From a virus (lineage: Duplodnaviria; Caudoviricetes), in IMG/VR virus record IMGVR_UViG_3300031566_000027, positions 1-63,192 of that record: a stretch of DNA of 63,192 bases; one strand, written 5' to 3'. The notes below the pieces were generated by a model that ran no database searches, had not been told where the DNA came from, and worked only from the letters and a program-made list of their open reading frames with translations. Below are positions 8,071 through 15,893 of the stretch, one piece after another. The position numbers and the translations under genes are program-made. Within the stretch, counting starts at the first letter, position 1. Each line of letters starts with the position of its first letter.

Positions 8071-8276
8071 GGTTCCTCCGTTTCGGTATGTTGTACCTCT
8101 TTCATGTAGTTTAGGACGGTTTCCAGTGCATCAAGGTGGTGGCCGGTTATCGCCCTGGGCCAGATCTCGCCCGCGGCATCATCGACCTCCCGATCGCACA
8201 AAAATCCATCCAACCATAACCGGAGCTCATTAAGACTCTCTAATATCTCCGGATCCTTTACCGGGTCTTTCAGCAT
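8067..8276 (-). CDS. Hypothetical protein
   Basis: AAGGAGG RBS; ATGA coupling to tad1. Confidence 0.65.
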   Translation of the reverse strand: MLKDPVKDPEILESLNELRLWLDGFLCDREVDDAAGEIWPRAITGHHLDALETVLNYMKEVQHTETEEP

Positions 8277-8412
8277 TTAATCGCCTCCTTTCATCAAATT
8301 CTTTTTTTAACAGGTTAATAATTATATCCATACGATCACCCGCCTCGAGCTCCGCGCCACTGACAACCTCGATCATTTCAATGAGCTCACCCACGGCGAG
8401 ATCGATTTTCAA
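8230..8412 (-). CDS. Hypothetical protein
   Basis: 60-aa ORF co-oriented within the gene cluster. Confidence 0.45.
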   Translation of the reverse strand: MKIDLAVGELIEMIEVVSGAELEAGDRMDIIINLLKKEFDERRRLNAERPGKGSGDIRES

Positions 8413-8492
8413 CTCTCACAACTCCAAAACGGTTCGGACGATCGCATCCAGGCCGGAGGGTTCTTTTCTCGGGCGCCCTGGGCCGCGCTTTT

Positions 8493-9047
8493 TCAAAATA
8501 AATCCGCTATACTTAAATATTCTCGATCGGTCCAATAGGTATCAACTTTCATCTTACGCTCGCCCTTTTTAAGATAAATTTTCTTTTCATCAACAAGGGT
8601 TCTCAGTGCCTGGCCTAAAAGAAAACACTCCCTCTCGCGCAACCTCACCCACGCCAGAATATAACCTTTAGGTTTGTGCCGATCCCACTGGTCGACCGGG
8701 ATTAATAAATTCGGCATATTATTGATCTCGGAGGCCTTTACGTTAAAACCGTTCGGAAAATCAGATCCATCCTCAAAGCTCCGGCCATCATTCCAGGTGG
8801 TTTCGATAATCGGCCAATTAGAAAATTTAGAGTATGCCTTTTCACCGCACGCGCCGATAAAACTCCGATACCAGGGCGCCTTATTCTCAAAAAAATTCCG
8901 GCTGTTTTTAGTATCACCCTCGATCCCTCGCTTTTTTGCATACCTAAAAGGTTTCCACCGAAATTTACCCAACCACACAGAATAATGCAGATCGTCCTCG
9001 GTCAATGGGATCCGGACCGGTGTTATATAATCCATATCGGAATACAT
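8493..9047 (-). CDS. Possible PD-(D/E)xK-type nuclease
   Basis: GACGEKAYSKF...GSDF...FNVKAS...NLLI resembles the restriction-endonuclease-like fold. Confidence 0.45.
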   Translation of the reverse strand: MYSDMDYITPVRIPLTEDDLHYSVWLGKFRWKPFRYAKKRGIEGDTKNSRNFFENKAPWYRSFIGACGEKAYSKFSNWPIIETTWNDGRSFEDGSDFPNGFNVKASEINNMPNLLIPVDQWDRHKPKGYILAWVRLRERECFLLGQALRTLVDEKKIYLKKGERKMKVDTYWTDREYLSIADLF

Positions 9048-9052
9048 TCTGG

Positions 9053-9493
9053 TTATCTAAATGGGTCCATAAATCCCGCCAGGCGGGGATGGCTGAAATC
9101 GATCGGCCGGTGTTTTATATAGGCGTTTTGGGCCGCCGCCGCGTCCGCGGAGGTTGTTTCGGATCCGCCGCCGCTCGCACCCATCGTATGTTTAGAGTCA
9201 AGGCAAAATTCAACATGAATGATCCTTGTTTTCGCGTTATTCCACCAAAACGCCAGGCATCCTAAACGCGGGTTCTGACACCTGGCCTCGGTAAATTTTT
9301 CATAAAGGCCGGCCGCCGTCCAATCGCCCTCTCGAGGCAGGATCCCCACGCTCTTTAGAATCTCGATGCACAATCCGCTGCAATCAAAACCCTCGACCGG
9401 ATCATCACCGCCCCATCGGTAGGGCAGGCCGTGAAGTGACCAGGCAACCTTTTCCGCTATTTGTAATTTGTGAATCAAATCGTGACTTTCCAT
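9053..9493 (-). CDS. NlpC/P60 cysteine peptidase, probable endolysin
   Basis: LPYRWGGDDPVEGFDCSGL (catalytic Cys), GCLAFW, IIHVEF (His). Confidence 0.88.
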   Translation of the reverse strand: MESHDLIHKLQIAEKVAWSLHGLPYRWGGDDPVEGFDCSGLCIEILKSVGILPREGDWTAAGLYEKFTEARCQNPRLGCLAFWWNNAKTRIIHVEFCLDSKHTMGASGGGSETTSADAAAAQNAYIKHRPIDFSHPRLAGFMDPFR

Positions 9494-9505
9494 TAATTCC
9501 CTCCT

Positions 9506-9709
9506 TTAATCGCCTAAAAATTTAAAAGCTGATTCAATGGCGTCCTCATAACCCGCACCGATAGGCCGGTAAAGCGCCCGTTGGATCTCATGGGGCAGCT
9601 GTTTAAAACATTTATAACAAAGGGAGTTGCCACTTTTTTTATAATTATCGCAATTCGGGCACTCCTCGGACTTTAGCGATTTTATGTAAAAGATTCTATC
9701 CGTTTTCAA
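9506..9709 (-). CDS. Zn-finger protein
   Basis: CPNC...CYKCF; TTG start at 9709 overlapping the upstream stop. Confidence 0.55.
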   Translation of the reverse strand: MKTDRIFYIKSLKSEECPNCDNYKKSGNSLCYKCFKQLPHEIQRALYRPIGAGYEDAIESAFKFLGD

Positions 9710-10142
9710 TTTTAAACCCCTTATATTCCGCCTCGAACCTTTTAAGACGGAGTTTGCCCCTGGTGGTGCCATGGACCTTTTGCCAATTCTCACAGGATCC
9801 GCACAAAATAAGGCCGGTGGCCGGCCGGCCGTCTGGTCCAGTGTATTTTGCAATAAAATAGCCCTGGCCAAAACAATCAGCACACTCCTCATCTGGTAAT
9901 TTAGGCCTCGCCTCCGGGTGTTCTCGATAGTAAATACTGACATATTCCCTGATTTTATTGAGCATATTATAGGGCCGGCGGTCCAATTCTGCTTTCATAA
10001 CATCTAAAACCGCCGCAAATGTTTGTAGGCTCAACCTCTCAAAATAGCCAAACCAGGAATTGATTGCCTTATTTGGAGGCCGGTCCTGATCTATAAAATC
10101 AAAAAATTCATCGATCGTTAGTTTGTATTCTTCAAAATCCAC
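9696..10142 (-). CDS. Replication-associated protein (helicase loader/inhibitor-like, C-terminal Zn finger)
   Basis: Directly downstream of the initiator; CADC.G.GY...CGSC. Confidence 0.5.
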   Translation of the reverse strand: MDFEEYKLTIDEFFDFIDQDRPPNKAINSWFGYFERLSLQTFAAVLDVMKAELDRRPYNMLNKIREYVSIYYREHPEARPKLPDEECADCFGQGYFIAKYTGPDGRPATGLILCGSCENWQKVHGTTRGKLRLKRFEAEYKGFKIENG

Positions 10143-11059
10143 TGCTTAAACTCCTCTCCGTTAATTCGTTTATCCTGACAATATGCCAGGCAGGCCTCCT
10201 GGCCTGATTCGCGCAATATCCCCGCCGCGATCCTAAAGCTGCGCTCTTTGATCCTTTGATTCTCTGAAATAGTTACTTTTTTGCGGCGTTTGGCCTCCAT
10301 GAGATAGCCCTCAAACTTGGTAGGCCGGAATAACGTGCCTGGCCGTAAATAGGCTATCATTTTAGGATCACCGATCCACTGGTCGGTTTTACAGAGGATC
10401 ACATCATAAAAATCCTGTTCGGTGAATCCGGATTTAAAACGGGCCCGGATCGCCGCCCGGGTTTCCTTTGCCCGGTGGTCAAAGTTGGATCCGGTTAGTT
10501 TGTTAAAATAAGAAATGATATTTTCGTATGGTGGCGGTGGATTTTTTTTCTCAGGGGGAGGGGCAGGATCCGGCGCCGGATTTTCGGCGCCAGTACTTTC
10601 TTTTATATTTTCTTTTATACTTTCTTTATATAAGGTAGGATTGGCCCCTGGGCCAACTACTGTACCCCCTGGGCCAACTACTGTACCCCCTGGGCCAATT
10701 TTGGCCCCTGGGGTAGGTTTTGGCCCCTGGGCCAATTCTTTCCAATTCTTATAATACTTGTTAAATTGGTAGGTTTTGACCTTTTGGTTGGCCCCCAGGC
10801 TAATAGAAATTATATTTCGATCTATTAATTTTTGCCGGGCCTTTCCAATGTGCCATCCTGGCAAATTTGTCTTTTCAATCAATTCCCGGGTTTCAATTTT
10901 TGCCGACTTACGACCATAAACCCCATAGGTTAATCGGATGATTGCCAGGGCCAGACGCATTTCGGCGTTACTGCACTTTAATCGGCACAAGGCCTCCAAT
11001 AGTTCATTCGCAAGCCTCGTATATCCGTCCTCGATTTGCGGAGCTCCGTTTTTTGCCAT
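10118..11059 (-). CDS. Replication initiator, lambda-O-like N-terminus with conserved phage C-terminal domain
   Basis: EDGYTRLANELLEAL...AIIRLTYG; YQFNK.YKNW; C-terminal IISYFNKLTG...YLRPGTLF..KFEGYL. Confidence 0.9.
   Translation of the reverse strand: MAKNGAPQIEDGYTRLANELLEALCRLKCSNAEMRLALAIIRLTYGVYGRKSAKIETRELIEKTNLPGWHIGKARQKLIDRNIISISLGANQKVKTYQFNKYYKNWKELAQGPKPTPGAKIGPGGTVVGPGGTVVGPGANPTLYKESIKENIKESTGAENPAPDPAPPPEKKNPPPPYENIISYFNKLTGSNFDHRAKETRAAIRARFKSGFTEQDFYDVILCKTDQWIGDPKMIAYLRPGTLFRPTKFEGYLMEAKRRKKVTISENQRIKERSFRIAAGILRESGQEACLAYCQDKRINGEEFKQWILKNTN
10641..10735. repeat. Iteron array / probable replication origin inside the initiator gene
   Basis: CCCCTGGGCCAA four times, including palindromic TTGGCCCCTGGGCCAA twice and a 21-nt tandem duplication; AT-rich flanks at about 10595-10635 and 10736-10770. 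Confidence 0.8.
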
Positions 11060-11071
11060 CGGATCGCCTCT

Positions 11072-11296
11072 CTAATTGATGATGGTTTCTCTAATGACAA
11101 ATAGATCCTTAACCTCCATTTCCAGGGCCGCCGCTATCGCCTTTTCCTCCTCATCGGTCGGCCTCATCCGCCCGCGCTTGATATATGAAAAAACACTTGG
11201 ATCAAGGCCGGCTATTTTTGCGATCTCAACACTCGGCCTTTTTTTTTCAACCAGGGCCCGCTCTAACTCCCAATTATGAAATGCCTCAATTTTCAT
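11072..11296 (-). CDS. XRE/Cro-like HTH regulator
   Basis: SVEIAKIAGLDPSVFSYIKRGRMRP....KAIAAAL...VKDLF; GGAGG RBS; first gene of the leftward block. Confidence 0.85.
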   Translation of the reverse strand: MKIEAFHNWELERALVEKKRPSVEIAKIAGLDPSVFSYIKRGRMRPTDEEEKAIAAALEMEVKDLFVIRETIIN

Positions 11297-11337
11297 CTAA
11301 TAATCCTCCAAAAATATATGGTTTGTTTTATATTTTA

Positions 11338-11365
11338 TTTATATCCTGATTTATTTATTTGTCAA
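11338..11365 (-). promoter_or_regulatory. Leftward sigma-70-type promoter
   Basis: TTGACA (11365-11360), 16 nt, TATAAA (11343-11338). Confidence 0.6.
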
Positions 11366-11377
11366 TCTTTTTATTTC

Positions 11378-11406
11378 TTGACAATAATCCCCCAAAGTGG
11401 GATAAT
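11378..11406 (+). promoter_or_regulatory. Rightward sigma-70-type promoter
   Basis: TTGACA (11378-11383), 17 nt, GATAAT (11401-11406) with extended -10 TG. Confidence 0.75.
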
Positions 11407-11411
11407 TTTAC

Positions 11412-11438
11412 TAAAGTCCTAAATAAATATGCCGATAC
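11412..11438 (+). promoter_or_regulatory. Sigma-28 (FliA/SigD)-type promoter 1
   Basis: TAAA-N15-GCCGATAC (TAAAGTCCTAAATAAATATGCCGATAC), 20 nt before ATG 11459. Confidence 0.65.
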
Positions 11439-11458
11439 AGATATTAGAGGTTAAAGGT

Positions 11459-12250
11459 ATGAAACATATAAACCAGGAAATGACCGAAAAAATAATCGAG
11501 CTCCGCGACCGTGGGGCTGTTTTTTTTGTCAACCATTCCGGGGGAAAGGATTCTCAAACCCAAACCCTCGAGATCTCGCGCCTTGTTCCGGTCGATCAAA
11601 TTGTTATCGTCCACGCCGATCTGGCTGAACAGGATTGGGATGGCGCGTTCGATCACCTGGTTAATACCGCGCCTGCCGGCGTCAAGATCACCAAATGCCG
11701 ATCGCGCCGAACCTTTTTTCAAATGGTACGCGAGCGGGGTATGTGGCCGTCACCTAAATACCGCCAGTGCACTTCCGATCTGAAACGTACTCCGATCGAA
11801 AAGGTTATCCGCCATGAATTAAAAGCCAGGGGCACCAAACTGGCCGTTAATTGCATGGGGATTCGCGCCGAGGAGTCTTACACCCGGGCAAAAGCAAAAC
11901 CCATCAAAATAAATAACCGACTGAGCAAGGCCGGCCGCGAGGTTTGGGATCTACTGCCGATATTCGATTTTACCACGCAAGAGGTATTTGAGCGGATCGC
12001 CGCGGCCGGCCAAAGGCCTCACTGGATTTATAAGCACCTGGGCCGCCTTTCCTGCATCATCTGCATATTTGGCACGCCGAGCGATATCCGAACATCGGCG
12101 GGCCTCCGTCCTGATATTTTTAACGAGTGTGTGGCCATCGAAAAGGAAATTGGCCATACCGTTAAGATCGGCGCGACTCTCGAGGAGTTTGCCGGCCTTA
12201 ATAAAATCGGTGGTTGCAAGGCCTGCGACCACTGGAAAGAGGTAGCTTAA
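11459..12250 (+). CDS. PAPS-reductase family PP-loop protein (CysH/DndC-like), probably Fe-S
   Basis: VNHSGGKDS, VHADL, QCTSDLK, GIRAEES..RA, LPIFD, RLSCIIC; start placed at ATG 11459 after AGAGG. Confidence 0.9.
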   Translation: MKHINQEMTEKIIELRDRGAVFFVNHSGGKDSQTQTLEISRLVPVDQIVIVHADLAEQDWDGAFDHLVNTAPAGVKITKCRSRRTFFQMVRERGMWPSPKYRQCTSDLKRTPIEKVIRHELKARGTKLAVNCMGIRAEESYTRAKAKPIKINNRLSKAGREVWDLLPIFDFTTQEVFERIAAAGQRPHWIYKHLGRLSCIICIFGTPSDIRTSAGLRPDIFNECVAIEKEIGHTVKIGATLEEFAGLNKIGGCKACDHWKEVA

Positions 12251-12441
12251 TGAAAACGAAACCAGATAATAGAGTCCATGTATCGGCGCCAGGCGCCAAA
12301 TTTAATACGATCGGCTTTTGGTACAAAACCCAGGGCGGTTTTTTCCGCGCTTATAGCCTGATCTCTCATATTGGCATCGGTCCTTTTTTTACCAAACATG
12401 ACGCCATTCAATTCTTAATCGAGGAGGCCTTTAATGTTTAA
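12250..12441 (+). CDS. Hypothetical protein
   Basis: TAATG coupling to the upstream gene. Confidence 0.6.
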   Translation: MKTKPDNRVHVSAPGAKFNTIGFWYKTQGGFFRAYSLISHIGIGPFFTKHDAIQFLIEEAFNV

Positions 12442-12694
12442 TGAAATTCAAGACAACATTCAAAAAGCTGTAAAATACCGAGGCACTAAGGATTTTCTCG
12501 ATACCGAAAGCGGTATCGATTGGTTTTTGCTGCCGGCTGCCGCCGTTTCCGGGATCTCCGATGATACCCTGATATGTGCCTTAAACCTGGAAACCTATTA
12601 TGGCGGAGTTGGCCGGTTTTTCCGCCACAATGCAACCATTTGGCGCGTTAAAAACCGCGTCCTGGTTCAATCCTATTGGGGGTACGATATCTAA
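12434..12694 (+). CDS. Hypothetical protein
   Basis: GAGGAGG RBS. Confidence 0.7.
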   Translation: MFNEIQDNIQKAVKYRGTKDFLDTESGIDWFLLPAAAVSGISDDTLICALNLETYYGGVGRFFRHNATIWRVKNRVLVQSYWGYDI

Positions 12695-12888
12695 TGAAAA
12701 AATCACACTTTATAAAAATTATGACGATTCTCAACAGGCGAGGGGAATACCTTTTTCAGCGGTATTTTGAGGGGAACCGAGGCGATGAGTTGTGGGCCCG
12801 CTATATTGGTTTCATGCGTGCCGCGAACGATTTTTACAATCGGTTCATTGAGGAGTGCTACAAACCAGAAATCGATATCTATGTCTAA
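12694..12888 (+). CDS. Hypothetical protein
   Basis: TAATG coupling. Confidence 0.6.
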   Translation: MKKSHFIKIMTILNRRGEYLFQRYFEGNRGDELWARYIGFMRAANDFYNRFIEECYKPEIDIYV

Positions 12889-12900
12889 GGGGGGAAAGCC

Positions 12901-13239
12901 ATGCAAATAACCTTATCGCTCGCTCAGTGTGTGACTTTGTACGAGAACCATTTCAAAAAAGAAATGCCGCCCAAACTGGCCTATAAAGCTGCCGCGCAAA
13001 TGGTCCATGCAGATATTGGGTCAGATGAATTTTTGTTCCGCCTTAAACGCCTCGACCGCGATGGCACACACAAAAAACAGTATACCATCTATAAGGATAT
13101 CGAGGAGGCCGGCGAGTCCTACACGGTTTATGACAATGACCTCGATGTGTATGTCGGTCAATTCCTGGCCGATGATGTTGACCTTAAAACCTACCTGGCC
13201 GCCGGCGAGCTCCGCGATGGCCTGGATAACCGATCATAA
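12901..13239 (+). CDS. Hypothetical protein
   Basis: AAGGGGGG RBS; 112 aa. Confidence 0.7.
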   Translation: MQITLSLAQCVTLYENHFKKEMPPKLAYKAAAQMVHADIGSDEFLFRLKRLDRDGTHKKQYTIYKDIEEAGESYTVYDNDLDVYVGQFLADDVDLKTYLAAGELRDGLDNRS

Positions 13240-13417
13240 GAAAGGATCTGATACCCATGGAACGAAAAAAATACCGGTTTAGATGCACCAGTGCGATAAC
13301 CATGAAACGCAAAAACTTTGTGCTGCCCTGTTTGAATCCGGGGCAAATCATAGCCCTTTTGGCACAGCATGGATGGATCGTTCAGAATTATTACGAAATT
13401 TGAAAGGAGGGATTGAA

Positions 13418-13531
13418 ATGATCAGACCAGGGAAACTCACCAGGGCCCGGCGGACGGCTTATGTAGCAGGTATGATGTTTTGGGCCTGTGGGATGATGAT
13501 GGTTTTGGCTTTTGGATTGATGATCAACTAA
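13418..13531 (+). CDS. Small membrane peptide
   Basis: AAGGAGG RBS; basic N-terminus plus TM (MIRPGKLTRARRTAYVAGMMFWACGMMMVLAFGLMIN). Confidence 0.55.
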   Translation: MIRPGKLTRARRTAYVAGMMFWACGMMMVLAFGLMIN

Positions 13532-13541
13532 AGGGGGAGCC

Positions 13542-13700
13542 ATGAGGGCATTTGTTTTTGAATTAACAGAGGGTGAACTCCGGAAAGAGGTTGATAAAAA
13601 GCTGATCGATGAATTGAGGGAAAACCTCTTTCCGGATGAGATCTATTGGTTAGAGCACGTTGCCAAAGAGAACCTAAACAAAGGAGGGATAAGGCCATGA
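13542..13700 (+). CDS. 52-aa hypothetical protein (below ORF-track cutoff)
   Basis: GGGGGAG RBS; MRAFVFELTEGELRKEVDKK...; ATGA coupling to the pilin-fusion gene. Confidence 0.6.
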   Translation: MRAFVFELTEGELRKEVDKKLIDELRENLFPDEIYWLEHVAKENLNKGGIRP

Positions 13701-14395
13701 TAGATTGGATGAGTCTGACCGATGAGGACATTAACAAATTGCAGCTGATTATGAAACGGTGCATAGGCAAATTTGAGGGCAGTTGGATCGATCTGGAAAT
13801 GGATATAACGGCCGCGCACTTAGGCGGCATGATCGATCTGCAAAGACTGCTCGAGTTCGATGAGTTTGATTTCATGCACGATGTTGCCGGGATCCGGCGC
13901 CATATCAACCGTGATAACGGTAAAATGAATGATTGTTTTTTGCCCCGGAGCTATCGGCCGTGGGCAAAAAAGCGCATGGCCGGGTTCACGCTTGCCGAGG
14001 TAATGATCGCCTTGGTGATCCTTGGAATGACGGTCATGGCGGCCACAAGTATGGCGATTACAACGATCAAGCTCAATACCACCGGCAATATGCAACAAGA
14101 GGCCATCAATCTGGCCCGGGATACCGTTGAACAGGTCCGCTATCATTTCCCGGGCGATGAACCAAATGGCACTTTTTCTTATATTAAAGGGCCCTATACG
14201 GTTGTTTGGACCATTTCGGACCATACCACCAAAAGCAAACGGATGAACGTAAACGTATCCTGGAATAGGTTCCGGAGCCGAAAGGGCATGACGATTAACG
14301 CTCTATTTTCCGATCAAATGCGCGATCCGCGTTCCTGGGATGGCACCGATTGGGAGGCCTGGAAAGCTAAATTTGGAGTAACCGGATTAAATTAA
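13697..14395 (+). CDS. Fusion of a DUF6874-like domain and a type IV prepilin (PilV/GspI-like)
   Basis: AAGGAGG RBS. N-domain DLEMDITAAH...DL.RLL.FD.FDF.HDV.GI.RH..R..G....CFLPR. Then KKRMAG|FTLAEVMIALVILG (class III signal, E5, G14), EAINLARDTVE and YTVVWTI...KRMNVNVSW. Confidence 0.8.
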   Translation: MIDWMSLTDEDINKLQLIMKRCIGKFEGSWIDLEMDITAAHLGGMIDLQRLLEFDEFDFMHDVAGIRRHINRDNGKMNDCFLPRSYRPWAKKRMAGFTLAEVMIALVILGMTVMAATSMAITTIKLNTTGNMQQEAINLARDTVEQVRYHFPGDEPNGTFSYIKGPYTVVWTISDHTTKSKRMNVNVSWNRFRSRKGMTINALFSDQMRDPRSWDGTDWEAWKAKFGVTGLN

Positions 14396-14405
14396 AGGGG
14401 GATCT

Positions 14406-14720
14406 ATGAAAAAACTAATCATCATAATTGTTGCAGTTATCCTGGCCGGGTTCTGCCTGGGAGTCGGCTATCAGGCCGGCAAGATGCAGGGCAAGGCTAA
14501 TTGTATCGCCACGGTAACAGAAAACTGCCGGGAAATCTGCGGTGTTGGTGACGATTTTTGTTACCCGGACGATGAGGAAACCGCGATCGAATCCGAGGGC
14601 GATGAGAATCTCGCCTTTTACGGGGGGGGGCCGTGGATAAATTCAAACCGGCAATATTGCCGATACCGACAATCAAGGCCTTGCGGCGGAAATCCGGATG
14701 CTCCAAAAAAGAGGCTATAA
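14406..14720 (+). CDS. Membrane/secreted Cys-containing protein; 3' end set by a G9 tract
   Basis: MKKLIIIIVAVILAGFCLGVG N-terminal hydrophobic segment; AAGGGGG RBS. Confidence 0.65.
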   Translation: MKKLIIIIVAVILAGFCLGVGYQAGKMQGKANCIATVTENCREICGVGDDFCYPDDEETAIESEGDENLAFYGGGPWINSNRQYCRYRQSRPCGGNPDAPKKRL

Positions 14721-14962
14721 GGGTGATTGAATCCTTAAAGGGCGGCCAACACTGGCTAAACGATACCTATCAGGTAGAGGTCCGAGAGCACTGTCCGGGC
14801 CGGGATTGGCCGCCTATGTTATGGTTGAGCATTAAACGGCGCGATAAGGAATGGATCCACGATTGGCGCGAATTGCAGGAAATCAAAAACCAGTTGATTG
14901 GCCCGGAACATGAGGCCGTTGAATTATATCCCTCTGAATCGCGGGTTATCGATGGCGCGAAT

Positions 14963-15300
14963 CTACATCAGCCGCAAAAAGAATTATAAAGGAGCAATGG
15001 TTAAATGAGAAAAACAATATATCAATGTAATTTATGTGAGCAACAATGGGAAGAGGATTATGTATTTGGAGTTTCACTAGATGGAGATGAATTAGGTAGA
15101 GATGAGGTAATTCTAGTTGAAGCAGAAGATTCCGAAAAACATATATGCAGAGGGTGTATCATAGCTATCAAAGGATATGAAAAATAATGCCTTATGTAAA
15201 ATGTTCTAAATGTATGCATGAATGGGAGACTACAAACTTGAAAGAAAAATGCCGTTGGTGTAAAGCCCCTATTGGTAATGTTTTAGAAGAAGAGACACCA
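14963..15300 (+). mobile_element. AT-rich foreign cassette (no transposase, no terminal repeats seen)
   Basis: Visibly AT-richer than its flanks; no GATC or GGCC; own AAGGAG RBS. Confidence 0.55.
15005..15187 (+). CDS. Small Zn-ribbon protein
   Basis: CNLC...HICRGC. Confidence 0.65.
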   Translation: MRKTIYQCNLCEQQWEEDYVFGVSLDGDELGRDEVILVEAEDSEKHICRGCIIAIKGYEK

Positions 15301-15441
15301 CAATATCACCTTTATTGCTTTCAGGATCCTAACCTTAGATTCCCATTTGGTATGTGGAGTAACGGACCGGCCAGGGCCACGCCCGAGCACGCCGAAAAGT
15401 TGGGCGGCAAACAAAGACCTTTTGAAAAGGGGGAAAAATGA
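15187..15441 (+). CDS. Chimeric Zn-ribbon protein (insert N-terminus fused to the C-terminus of the split gene)
   Basis: CSKC.HEW...CRWC then QYHLYCF; TAATG coupling. Confidence 0.6.
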   Translation: MPYVKCSKCMHEWETTNLKEKCRWCKAPIGNVLEEETPQYHLYCFQDPNLRFPFGMWSNGPARATPEHAEKLGGKQRPFEKGEK

Positions 15442-15893
15442 AAGTACGGGTACACGGCCGAAATTATTATGATCTGATCTGCACCCAGGATCACTATATT
15501 TTCGCGTTCAAACACAAAACACCCGCAATCCTGCCCCTCCGGATGCCGATGGCCTGCGGTGAGATCTTATGGCCCGGTGATATCATTTCTTATATTGGGG
15601 GCAAGCGGACCAGTGCCGGATTTTACTGCCTGGATATGCTGCCGGATTGCGGCCTGATGTTCGCCGGAGTCCATATCGATGATGATGGAGAATTTTTACT
15701 TTGTTTCGACCGCACCCGGAACGGCAAATTCCTGCCGACTGAAAACCATGAGTATCCGCGGATCTATTATGGATATATCTGGTTAGGCCAGGAAAACTGC
15801 CTTTGCTACACACTGCCTGGCAACGCCGGCCGGGTTGTCGAAACCTCAACCGTTAAATTTTTAGCGAGGGGATGCCGGGATGAATATAAATAA
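15438..15893 (+). CDS. Hypothetical protein
   Basis: AAGGGGG RBS; ATGA coupling. Confidence 0.65.
   Translation: MKVRVHGRNYYDLICTQDHYIFAFKHKTPAILPLRMPMACGEILWPGDIISYIGGKRTSAGFYCLDMLPDCGLMFAGVHIDDDGEFLLCFDRTRNGKFLPTENHEYPRIYYGYIWLGQENCLCYTLPGNAGRVVETSTVKFLARGCRDEYK

Larger units (their letters stand above)
14633..15441 (+). pseudogene. Conserved phage protein split by a 338-bp insertion (halves 14633-14962 and 15301-15441)
   Basis: Removing 14963-15300 joins ...LSIKRRD...HDWRELQEIKN...AVELYPSESRVIDGAN to QYHLYCF...RFPFG in frame, restoring the pattern D.ANQYHL recalled for this family. Confidence 0.7.

Noticed and set aside
11459-12250. Complete Dnd/Ssp phosphorothioation or 7-deazaguanine biosynthesis cluster
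   Set aside because: No dndA/B/D/E, ssp, folE, queC, queD or queE homologues are recognisable; only single components are present.
14963-15300. Group I/II intron or IS element
   Set aside because: It does not end in G, does not start with GUGYG, has no terminal inverted repeats or transposase, and is filled with ordinary RBS-led ORFs.
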